NCBI GenBank assembly: GCA_032718475.1
Contig: JAUCBJ010008117.1
Coordinates: 81,195-145,194, forward strand
Origin: Nemertoderma westbladi
Lineage: Eukaryota; Animalia; Xenacoelomorpha
Length of the DNA stretch: 64,000 bases
Direction: 5' to 3'
A program made the position numbers and the translations under genes. Under the pieces are notes generated by a model. That model was not told the origin of the DNA. It saw nothing but the letters and a program-made list of their open reading frames with translations, and ran no database searches. Position 1 is the first letter of the stretch, and each line of letters begins with the position of its first letter. Below are positions 47,646 through 58,859 of the stretch, one piece after another.

Positions 47646-47859
47646 CCTTATTTACTGTATTACCTAGGCCTATTTCATATTTAGGCTAGTACAGTAGTAC
47701 TGTAGTACAGTAGTAGGTACTGAGGTAGTACAGTAGTACCGGTGTTTGTTTTGTAATAGTGATATGGTAACGCAGTAACGGCTGAACGATGTCGGTACGG
47801 GAGTAAACTGAAGCTTCCCCTGCTCCCTGCTGGATTCCTGATCGGCTGATACTGAATAC

Positions 47860-49458
47860 ATGGATAATCATAGTGTTAATATTGTTGCTGAAAAACACTC
47901 AGGTGACGACGGGGCTGAACTTTATGCTGTTGTTCAACAAAACGAGGACTCAGACCCAGAAGAGAACCATGCTGTCCACAATCTCGACAAAGCCTTAGAA
48001 TCTACCGGCTTCGGGTTGTTCCACATATTGTTCACCCTTTGCTGCGGGTGGGCCAACGTTTCAGACAGTGTCGAGGTCATGTCGGTTTCTTTTATTCTGC
48101 CTTCGGCAGCTTGCGACCTTGATCTAACCTCATCCGATAAGGGAATCCTAACCTCCGCTATTTTCATAGGAATGATGTTGGGCGGCTACGTTTGGGGGGC
48201 GCTGGCCGACGTGAACGGCCGACGTAAAGTCCTCCTTTTCTCCCTTCTTGTCAACGGAATCTCGGCTCTTCTTTCGAGTTTCTCTCCTTACTTCTCTCTC
48301 TTCGTGATCCTCCGGTTGTTCAGCGGGATCGGCGTGGGCGGCTCCATCCCGGTAATATTTACCTTCTGCTCCGAGTTCCAACCCGCCTCGCGTAGGGGCG
48401 CTATGATCGGCGTTGTCGCTTTCTGTTGGATCTTAGGTAACGTGCTGACCGCGGGGGTCGCCTGGCTCGTTATACCCGGGGACACGCACTACGTCGTCAT
48501 AGGAACCCTTAAGTACGACTCCTGGCGGATGTTCGTCGCACTGTGTTCTCTTCCGAGTTTAACTTCCGCCTTTATGATGTTATTCCTTCCGGAAAGTCCG
48601 AAATTTTTATACAATTCGGGAAAATCAGAGGAAGTATTGAAAGTTCTAGAACTAATGCACCGATGGAACCATAAGAAAGGGGAGGTGTTCGAGGTGAAAT
48701 CGTTAGTGGAATGCGAGCGTTTAATTCTCCACGGGAGTAGCGATTATATACCGCAGTCGCTAGTTGTTCGGTTCCTCGCCGTGTTCCGTGACATCGGAAG
48801 AGCGACCCGCGGTTTATTTAACCGCATCCATCGCAGGACCACTGTGGCCTTGGTCGTGGTAACGGTTACTTTCAGTTTCGGTTACTACGGACTGGTTCTC
48901 TGGTTGCCGGAGCTGTACAGTCGGATGCGGTTGTACGGAGGGACCCCGTGTCAACCACCGGACATTGTCAACCGATCTATCCCGGTTGTTAACTGCTCAT
49001 CCCCGCTCTCAGATCAAATCTTCCTGGATTCCTTCTACTCCACTTTGGGTAACATCCCCGGCGCTATCATTACTATCCTCCTCATTGAATCTGTCGGTAG
49101 GAAGATACTTCTCGCCTCCAGTCTCTTCGTCTCCTCAGCTACTGTATTCTTTATCTGGCAACTCCACAGTGTCACCGACGCTGTCATCCTCGCCGCGGTG
49201 TTCGGTGGGTTTGCTACGGTCGGCTGGGGCACCTTGGACGTTGTCAGCGTCGAGGTCTACCCCACAACCCTGCGGTCCACTGCCTTCGGGTTCCTTAACT
49301 TCCTCGGTCGTATCGCTACGATCCTCTCTCAGCTCTCGTTCGGCGAGCTGGTCGACTCGCATTGCGCCGTTCCCATCCTCCTTGTCGCCGCGCTCTTAGC
49401 CGTCGGATTTCTGTTTACTTTGGTGCTACCGAATCGGAAAGGGAAACCCCTAGAATAG
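47860..49458 (+). CDS. SV2: SV2-family MFS transporter (532 aa, single exon, short lumenal loop)
   Basis: GFGLFH...DSVEVMSVSFILPSAACDL...GMMLGGYVWGALADVNGRR, SWRMF, LPESPKFL, FGYYGL and EVYPTTLRSTAFG; about 12 hydrophobic segments. Confidence 0.9.
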   Translation: MDNHSVNIVAEKHSGDDGAELYAVVQQNEDSDPEENHAVHNLDKALESTGFGLFHILFTLCCGWANVSDSVEVMSVSFILPSAACDLDLTSSDKGILTSAIFIGMMLGGYVWGALADVNGRRKVLLFSLLVNGISALLSSFSPYFSLFVILRLFSGIGVGGSIPVIFTFCSEFQPASRRGAMIGVVAFCWILGNVLTAGVAWLVIPGDTHYVVIGTLKYDSWRMFVALCSLPSLTSAFMMLFLPESPKFLYNSGKSEEVLKVLELMHRWNHKKGEVFEVKSLVECERLILHGSSDYIPQSLVVRFLAVFRDIGRATRGLFNRIHRRTTVALVVVTVTFSFGYYGLVLWLPELYSRMRLYGGTPCQPPDIVNRSIPVVNCSSPLSDQIFLDSFYSTLGNIPGAIITILLIESVGRKILLASSLFVSSATVFFIWQLHSVTDAVILAAVFGGFATVGWGTLDVVSVEVYPTTLRSTAFGFLNFLGRIATILSQLSFGELVDSHCAVPILLVAALLAVGFLFTLVLPNRKGKPLE

Positions 49459-49645
49459 TCGCCCATCTATTGGGACCAATTTGTGGTAATTTTTTAATTA
49501 TATTTTTCTAATTTTATTGAGATTTTTATCATTTTAATTTTTATATAATTTGCGCGGGTTTTCTTTAATCTACAATAGTACCTAGTCAACTAATATTGTA
49601 AGTAGACTATAGAATATAGTCTATAGAATATATATATAGAATATA

Positions 49646-50545
49646 CACCATGACCCGTAATATAGTGTCATTTTCTGATGACACGGACCCCCCCCCCCCA
49701 AATTTTTCTACAAATCTTTATCAAATTGCTTGAAATTTGAAACACAACTAGTTCAACTCACCGTGGTTGTTACCATGAAGCCGGAATTTTCGATTTCGCC
49801 TTTAAATTTTATTTATAAGTGTTTTAAAAAAGTGTTTTTTGCGAAATCGCACCCTCTGTATCATTGCCATTCTTCAATTTAGTCGTAATTTTTTCACATC
49901 AATAGAAAGCTTGCGTTGAAAGGATTCCAAATATGTAGCAATATCTGAATTTCATTGAGAAATAGCTGAGAAATAGGCGTTTAAAGATTGCAAGAATTAT
50001 TGTTCGCTGCAAGCCATTTATTCTATTTAATAAATACACAATATTCTAGAACGTGTTATTTATTTTATGAGTTGGTATGCAACAGCGGAATGCCTATGCG
50101 ACATCTATATTGCATAGCTAATCATACATAAACAAATTGTTCCAGAATATTGTGTATTTATTAAATAGAATAAATGGCCTGCTAGTGAACAATAATTCTT
50201 GCAATCTTTGAACGCCTATTTCTCAGCTGTTTCTCAACGAAATTCAGACATTGTTACATATTTGGAATCCTTTCAACGCAAGCTTTCTATTGATATGAAA
50301 AAATTACGACTAAACTGAAGAATGGCCACGATACGGAGGGTGCGATTTCGAAAAAGACACTTTTTTAAAACGCTTATGAATAAAATTTAAAGGCGAAATC
50401 GAAAATTCCGGCTTCATGGTAACAACCACGGTTAGTGGAACTAGTTGTGTTTCAAATTTCAAGCAATTTGATAAAGATTTGTAGAAAAATTTGGTGGGGG
50501 GGGTCCATGTCATCAGAAAATGACACTATATTACGGGTCATGGTG
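49646..50545. mobile_element. 900-bp near-perfect foldback MITE with TA TSD (Tc1/mariner-type)
   Basis: TA|CACCATGACCCGTAATATAGTGTCA...TGACACTATATTACGGGTCATGGTG|TA; the arms are complementary almost to the centre (~50095). Confidence 0.92.
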
Positions 50546-50799
50546 TATATAATATTGCAGTTGAAATAAATAGAACAAATTGATGTATTATGATTTACTG
50601 TACAATATTATTGGGTGACATAAATAAATAAGAAGTATAGTAATATTAAATGATGTTAACTTTTTGCAATTATTATTCTAAAGTTATTTCTTTGAAACTG
50701 TATTTTAATTAAATACATTGGCTTAATACATTATTCATGTACAGTTACCTACGTACACCTTGTATACTACATAATAGTGGCCAGTTTAAAGATCCAGGA

Positions 50800-51190
50800 A
50801 TTTTAAAATCTCAGTAACATATTGTGCTTACACCCAGCTCCACCCTGCAGGCGACGCGGATGTGTCTTGTTGGTCACTGCCATCGGTGAACTAGTCAACC
50901 TGCTGAAAGTCGATCCATTGATTTAGGGATTAATATGGTTGGTCGCGAACTGTGGATGTGTTTACTACGGCTATGTAAAGGGAAGTAGTATTGCAGAGGA
51001 TACCAAATCTATACAACATTGGAGGTGTTTCATTTGTCTCCCCTAGCTTGACACTTAAACGGAATAGCCTCAGCTTGGCAGGACATTGCTATCTTGTGCT
51101 TTGGCGGCCTCATGGAATGAAAACGCATTGTTATCAGCCCATGACTTTCTTAAGGCGCCTCCTCTTAAAGGACACTGGCCTTTAAGATTA
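50800..51190 (+). repeat. Dispersed repeat (similar to 28500-28685) followed by an eroded RTE-like LINE 3' end
   Basis: CCACCCTGCAG and ATGGTTG(G/A)TCGCGAACT are shared with 28520-28680. The translation RNSLSLAGHC..LVLWRPHG resembles the RTE C-terminus. Confidence 0.5.
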
Positions 51191-51559
51191 GGAAAATCTC
51201 GCGAAACTCATGGGGGGCAGGGAGTTGTTGCGGCGCAATTTTGTCGACAAGTCAGCACAGCATTCTTAATATATATGTAATATACATAATGCAGCTGCAA
51301 TGTAGCATGCCTATCGTAGTAGTAGTATTTCGGCTGAACAGCTCCATTGGTTATCAACCTTGGTTAATTCATTTCTAATCATAATAACTATTTACATTTT
51401 TTTGTTATAGACACACTCCGAATCGCGAATGGAGTAAAATAATGACACATGGGGATTAGCATTAAAATTAATACAGTAGCAATAAAAAAATACAGTAAAA
51501 TAACTAAATAAAATATTAACTATAAAAATATGTTTTATGGTTCTAAAACATAAATTAAT

Positions 51560-54500
51560 TAATTGATCTTGTTTAGCTCCACTAAAGTGGGACAGGGCAG
51601 GCATTGTAGTGCGTGAAAAAGTGATCCACAAGAGGCACCGCAGAACCTACATACACATTACACATGTAGGTGATGGCTGATGGAACTTCTTGGCTCTGAG
51701 GCATAGTTTGTGGTGGAACCCGTGAGCTGTCATGCGGGTAATTAAGTGCCTGTTCTTTTGGCCTGAACGCTTCCATGTTGAGGTGTTAAAGGCGGGACCC
51801 AGAATGAATTGCCGCGCATTGAAACTTGCTTCTCGTTCAACATGGAAAGCTTGGTAGTTAGCTAACACATCGTTGTCGAAGACTGAGTTGTTTTTCGACA
51901 CAATGTCTTCAACAAGTGACTTTTCATCAAGAAGATGGAGAGCTAGAGTTGAAGAAACTGATGTTTTCGACACAATGTCTTCAACAAGTGACTTTTCTTC
52001 AAGAAGATGGAGAGCTAGAGTTGAAGAAACTGATGTGATGTATGTAGCGATAACATGCGTTTGATATGTGTTGTCTTTATTTTGTCTAAATCTTTTAGGT
52101 GTTGCAATTTGAGGTGATGGCCAATAGCATCAATTGCATATGTAGCCATTGGGGCAATTTTCATTCTAAATATTAGCAAACCAGTTTTCCTGTAGTTAGC
52201 AGTGGGAGATGATTTAGAGAACCAATCACAGCATAAGCGGATTTCATTTTTTCCTTGATGTGCAAGCTGAAGCTCAGGGAAGGTTGCAAGGTAACACCCA
52301 GATACTCATATTTGTTTGCTACTGGTAACCAGTTTGCCACCATAATAAAATTTATCACAGAGACATAGTGAGATTGACATCCATCCCATTAGCGATGCAC
52401 CAAATTTGAAGCACATTGAGAACGCGTTGGATGTATTCGCGGTTGTTTGAGTAAAACACCAGATCATCGGCGTAAAATATGAACTTGATGAAAGTGGCTG
52501 CCATTCGAATTGCTTCAGCGAGGTCGGCAATGTAAATGATGAAGCATGTTGGTGTTAGTGAGTCACCCTGAAGAACACCGCGTAGTTGGCAAATCAGATT
52601 TGTGACCTTAATGGCGTCGTAAACCCGGAAATAGTTTGAAGTGAGAGCTCTAATTATGTTAAAAAGTTTGCCTTTGACGCCGCTTTTGTGTAGTTTTGAC
52701 AATAGCACTGAACGACTGATCGAATCAAACGCCTTTCGTAAGTCCACAAAGACAGCATATGTGTGGCGAGATTCTGAACTAGGTGCGTTTAGCGAGGAAG
52801 CAATGTCGGAAAGGAGTAGCTTGATCGCACCGATAGTTGACCTCCCAGAGGTAAAACTGTATTGTTCAGGGGGGATTACTGAGGGATCAATGTTCTGCCG
52901 AATTCTCAAGTTTATTATGGCAGTAAAAATCTTTAGGAATACACTTAACAATGCAATGCCTCTGTAATTGTCGGGACTGGAGATTGCACCTTTCCCTTTG
53001 TAGAGTATGATGATGAGACTCTCCAACCATCTAAATGGAAGGTTGCCTAGATTGGACACGTGTTATATAAGAGAACCATGAATACGACAACAAATGGTGC
53101 CGCTTGTTTCAGATGTTCATAGTAGATCCGATCTGGACCACTGGCTTTATTGTTAGAAGAGTTGGTTAATACCCTCTGAATCTCCACTTCTGAGATTGGA
53201 TCGTTAAACCACTCCGACTCTTCCAGTTCGGAGCTGGTAGTTATTGGGATGGGAGGAGCGTTTGGTAGCTCATTGCTCATTCCAAGAACAAAGCGAAAGT
53301 GACTCTCGAGTCGCGTTGATTCGATTGGTGCGATTGTTGGTTTATATTCCTTCAGTAGGTTCCATGGTTTTACTTCAGCTCTATTGATTTTCTCAATGAG
53401 TGTGTTCTCCTCGAATGATTCACATTTCCGTTTAACGAGGAGTTTATATTCTTTCCGAAGATTCCAATAACATTGTCTGTCCACCTCGGAGTTTTGTCGG
53501 AGCAGCATGGCATTCATTACGGTTTCCTTTAGATTTTTACAATGAGAGTCAAACCATGGCTTTCCATGATGGGAGCGACTTTGTTTTGGCACAGCTGATT
53601 TGATGAGTGCACTTGTTAGGATCTCTGTAGCGTTATCGATATCATTCACATTGAGGAGATCCCAGAATAGGTCAATGTTTAAGGAGGAAACTAAATTGTT
53701 GGTGTTCAGCTTTCTGCTCAGTGACTCTGGCCTCCCCGTTATTGTAACAGGTGTCGGAATCTTAATCTCGAGAAGTAGACATTGGTGCTTCCGGATTGGG
53801 TTGTAGGACACTCTTATGGCCGGGGTCTGCTGTGGAACGGCTGTCGAGTATTTTACATATAGTAAATCTATTGTACTTTCACCCTGCGGCGAGATATAAG
53901 TGCGAACATCTACAGAGTTTAGTAGTGAAAATCCAAGGTTCCCGAGATGGTCAGTTAACTCCTTTCCACGGGAGCCTGAATCTAACTGGCAATTAAAATC
54001 ACCTCCGATAATCGTGGCCTGAGAGTCGTCTATGTGAGTCAGTGCAGTGTTAACCGTGATAAATATTTCTTCCAGTGCTGTATCGGGTCTGAAGTAAAAC
54101 ACAAAGTAGTAAGTGGAATCCGTCTTGATCGCTAAGAAATATTCATCTTGCGCTAATATCACAGGATTGTGCTGAGGCTTGCAAAGTATTATTAAACCAC
54201 CCATAAGACGACCTTTACTTGGTGTAATGGCTGGTTGGATATATGGATAATAGTTTGTATGTATGTTAAAACAATTGTCAGTGACAAAGGTCTAAGCTAG
54301 GAGTAGGACATCAGAGTTCCCGTACAGCTCTGCAGTGGTAATAATTTGCAACAGAAACTTTAAACCCTCAACGTTCCAAAGCGAAACTTTAATAGCTGTG
54401 TTTCCATTATCAACACCGACTGTAGGCTCGAGAGTTTGTCATTGAGACGTATGAATATTGCTGTGGCGCCTGAGACCGAATTCCTCCCGTTCCTCATTGG

Positions 54501-55400
54501 TTAGCCGGTAATCGCGAATAGTTATTCCCGAATCCCAGTGATTTGGGTCGATAACAGTGCTTCTTTCGCTCTGTTTGCAAGTGACATGGAAGCTGTGATA
54601 GTAGGAATTTGGTAACACGTGTAGTTTGTATACTTTCGTAAAAGGTATCTCCTCTGAAACAAGATAATTCTCAAATTGGACTTTGGTAGTCGTGGTGTGT
54701 AGTCTTCCAATATGCACGTGAGCGAGGCAGTCAGCATCGCTCGGTGGCTCCGCTACGCGAAGAGAGTGAGGTGTTGCTGTTGGAGTTTTGCTTCCGGTGA
54801 CCAATTGAGAGCATCATCTTGGATTATTTGTATTGTTGAAATTGACATACCGGGTAGTATGGGCATTGGGTAAGCGTGTTTCGACATCTAACTGAATAGG
54901 GTCTTGTGAGTTTCCAGATGGGACGGGTGGCTGTCGATGCTGGCGATGTCGCATATCATCCACTTGATGCCAAACACCTTCCTCTCCTCTGGACGAATCG
55001 TCTAGGGGCGGGTTTGCAACTTCCATTTCCATCTGTTTAGTGGCTGCGGCTTTCACAGTTAATTCTTGATGCAGGCTACTGATTGTCAGAGGGTTTGCTG
55101 CCGCCACCATCAGGCGATTCCTCGTTGTCGATTCTCTTGGTTGGGTGTCTCGTACTCTTAAAGCGATAAATTTATTTTGGGCATCGATAGTTTCTCTCTG
55201 GGACTCCACCAGTTTTCCTAGAGTGGTTGTATGAATTGAGATCATCTTCATTAGGTTTTCAGTAATAATTCGCTCATTACCAGCGTTTAGGTTCTTCTTT
55301 TCTTTTACCGTTTGTAGCGCCGTAAATATCTCGTCTTTCAGTTCAATCATATCATTTGCCATTATAATGTATCGGAAGTGTACAAGTATTTGGCTTGCAG
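51560..55400 (-). mobile_element. Near full-length non-LTR retrotransposon (ORF1 plus APE-RT ORF2), disabled
   Basis: ORF1 pieces at 55362-54814 and 54804-54439. ORF2 motifs SLWNVEG, IGGDFN, STIDL, PWFDSHC, NYRGIALLS, FVDLRKAFDSI, GVLQGDS, FYADDL, YEYLGV and a His/Cys C-terminus. A 72-bp duplication lies at 51892-52035. Confidence 0.9.
54439..55362 (-). pseudogene. LINE ORF1 (coiled coil plus RRM-like C-terminal domain), frameshifted
   Basis: HIGRLHTTTT...SFHVTC...DPNHWDSGITIRDY resembles the conserved LINE ORF1 C-terminal domain, and it lies directly upstream of APE. Confidence 0.7.
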
Positions 55401-55492
55401 TACAGCAGTTCAGTATAACGATCTCATGGCCTACTACAGTTACACAGTTACTCTTTATAACTATTTACTTATCTACTTATAACTATTTACAT

Positions 55493-55634
55493 TACTTGTG
55501 CGTAAAGTAGCACTTTACAGTGTGATGATCCGAGTGGCTTTATTACACGAACGAACGTTAGTGAGTGAGTGAAATTAAAGCCACGAGGATCAGAACACTG
55601 TAAACTTTACAGTGTAAAGTACTTTGCAACAAGT
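55493..55634. repeat. Short palindromic element
   Basis: Arms ACTTTACAGTGT.ATGATCC.AGTGGCTTTA and TAAAGCCAC.AGGATCA..ACACTGTAAA surround a GAACGAACGTTAGTGAGTGAG core. Confidence 0.7.
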
Positions 55635-55929
55635 ATGTATGTAGTTTTTTTTCCAAAATTGTAACATTACGATATGATTGTATATATATTATATGTGATA
55701 GAAACTGCACAAATTAAATTAGTTGCTGTATAAATCAATGTAAAAGTGACATAAATTATGTTATAAGTAAGTTAGCTTATATTTATGGTGGCGTTTTGAG
55801 CCATGTTATAATAATATAGGGGTGCGGGTCGATTCGCCCCTCGACCTTTTCGCCCCAAGTCGATTCGCCCCACATTTTAGTGTCATTGGACCTGGGGCGA
55901 ATCGACTTGGACAGTTGACTGATTCGCAC

Positions 55930-58535
55930 CACCTTCCAAGTCCATTCGCCCCAGATGATATTATTGAAAGTTTTACTAATATTCTTTTTAGGTACCTACA
56001 ATATTTTTTAGAAAGTGCAGAAATGCCATAGATAATGAGATGACCAGAGGGTCAACATATCAATTTGTTTCACATTATGTATGCTTCTACGTCCCGCGGG
56101 TTCGAACCCTTGCCAAGCCACAAGAGTTGCCTATGAGAGTTGTCACTGTTGCATATGTGAGTCACGTGATTCAAAATATTGAAACTTAAAAGGAAAGTAG
56201 ACAGAAACAACATTTGGATTTGCTTGATTTACCTTATCAATTTGTTTCACATTATAAGATCTTGAGAAAATATTACACGTAATCGAGGTTCAAAAGTGTT
56301 AGTAACATTGTTATTAACAAGATTTCTACTGTATTTTATTGCAATAGATTGAATATCTAAAAATCTTTTATAAAAAATAAATTAGGCCTACAGTACGCCT
56401 AATATTTTTTAGATCTTCAATCTATTGCACTATATTACAGTAGAAATCTTGTTAATAACAATGTTACAAACACTTTTGAACCTCGATTACGTGTAATATT
56501 TTCTCAAGATCTTATAATGTGAAACAAATTGATAAGGTAAATCAAGAAAATCCAAATGTTGTTTCTGTCTACTTTCCTTTTAAGTAGGGATGTCCCGGAA
56601 TTCCGTTCCGGCCGGAATTCCGGCGGTTTTTGCTCGATTCCGGTTCCGGCCGGAATTGCCGGAATGGGGTCAATTCCGGCTGGAATTTTACCTGAATTGC
56701 CAGGTTCCTAACTAGTTTGATAGTTGCATATTTTGCACGTTGACACGCAGTGCTTTGCAGTTGCACGTTTGATATGTAACACATTTCCAAAAACATTTCA
56801 CCTGGTAATGAAACTAAAAAGGTCCCACCATCTGTTACACCACCTACTGTAGTATTTATATACAATTCACAATAACCATCGTAATTTACATTAACTAATG
56901 AAATGCATCAATAGGCCCGTGCCCCACTGGTCAGTATGTGAAAATGAATGCCTCCTTGCTCCATTGGTAACACAAGTCTTACGTCATTTGATAAAAAATA
57001 TAAGATGCATCTCACATTTTTACTGCATATTTATACCCAAAGTAACCAATCACAGGCCTCTTGGCGGATATAACACATGAGTCATATGTCAAAAGATGAA
57101 CATGGGACATAATCACTTTCGACTCATAGGTCGTAACTTACGATTTACCAGTGGAGACGCCCCCATTGAAACCAATGTGTTCCATAATTTATTCTGACTA
57201 AGACTACATAAAACTTACCAGTGGAGCACGGACCTTAAATAATGCTTTTTCCAATTTGCTTATTACAATCTGATTATAAAAAGACGTTTTTTAGATTGAT
57301 CATACAATATTTTGCATAGATTTTTACATTATTTTACATTGATTTTATATTATTTTACTTTGAATTTTGAATTATTAAATAATATGATAATATTATGATT
57401 GGTATTATCTCGTCCAACGTAACATTAGGATGACCACTAAAGATTTGCAGCTTATTTCCATTGGCGTCCTTTATGTTACTTGGTTACAAATACAATATTA
57501 CACAATTACAAATACTACTCTAACCTAAATCTAATATAAACGTTATTTCAATACGTACAGGTCCTGCGAGTGGTCGTTAGTTCAGTCCTGCGTCGTAGGT
57601 GCTGCATAATATAGTAGTTTTGTTTCTATTTACAGCAAATCCAATTCTTACAATAAATCTATTTATTCCCAGCAATAATTAAACTGTAACATGTACTATT
57701 GGCCTCGTTTATTGTTTTGGTTCGAATAACATGTCACTGTAACATGCTCCTTCCCCTTAAAGACACCAGGATATTGCACCAAAGGACCTAATGACGCGAA
57801 ACCATAGGTTTTTGTTTAACGTGGGTTTTTAGGAGTCTAAATGCTAATAACCTAACTTTTGGCCAAAGTTATAGATTTTAGAAAATAATTTTATTGAATT
57901 CCCTGTCGTTCAATGCCGAAGTACCATCCCGTCCCATTACGGCCCAGGCCATTCTCCACTCCACCCACTTTAATTCCCGCCAATGTTCTGATTCCTCTCA
58001 TTATCAAACTTAGCTTTAGAAATTAAAAAAATTCATTTGTTTCACAAAAAATTGTAAAGTTTCATGGGTCATTTAGTGTATTTCACTAATTATAGAAAAT
58101 TCCGGTTCCGGTCGGAATTCCGGCCGGAATATTCCGGCATGTTGAATTCCAGTTCCGATTCCGGCCGGAATCAAAATATCGATTCCGGGACATCACTACT
58201 TTTAAGTTTCAATATATTGAATCACGTGACTCACATATGCAACAGTGACAACTCTCATAGGCAACTCTTGTGGCTTGGCAAGGGTTCGAACCCGCGGGAC
58301 GTAGAAGCATACATAATGTGAAACAAATTGATATGTTGACCCTCTGGTCATCTCATCATCTATGGCATTTCTGCACTTTCTAAAAAATATTGTAGGTACC
58401 TAAAAAGAATATTAATAAATTTTTTCTTTTACTTTCATTAATATCATCTTTCAATTTTTTTTTTTTTTTTTATTTTAATTTTTTCTTTTACTTTCAATAA
58501 TATCATCTGGGGCGAATGGACTTGGGAGGTGGTGC
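55930..58535. mobile_element. Long foldback element (~455-bp arms) interrupted by a younger hAT MITE
   Basis: 55930-56385 is the reverse complement of 56400-56584 joined to 58207-58535. TTCGCCCC subterminal repeats lie at 55830-55955. Confidence 0.85.
56585..58198. mobile_element. hAT-type non-autonomous element
   Basis: TIR TAGGGATGTCCCGGAAT / ATTCCGGGACATCACTA, 8-bp TSD CTTTTAAG (56577-56584, 58199-58206) and CCGGAATTCCGG subterminal repeats. Confidence 0.92.
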
Positions 58536-58859
58536 CATATCCATTGGAATAATTTTATAAAGGCGTTTAACTTTATAAATTTCAATTTTTTTGGGGGTGG
58601 GGGGGGGGCGCGTTTATTCGAGGTGCGATAGAGGGGGCGTTTATTTTAGGTGGGGTGGGGGTGGTGTTGTTTTTATATTATAGGTTTGATCTGTATGTTA
58701 ATATTGTTGGCTGTGGTTGTCGGCGAATCTTACACCCAAAGCCATTTCGAGGAGAGAATGGTACCCGAAAGTTGTTTGAAGGTAAAAAAAAATTTTAAAA
58801 GCAAGTTTTAAAACCTTACCACTAATTTTCTATGATGGATTTGTACAAAATGATAACCA

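Noticed and set aside
39430-49458. Identical 532-aa length of the two divergent genes
   Set aside because: The proteins are unrelated, so this is a coincidence.
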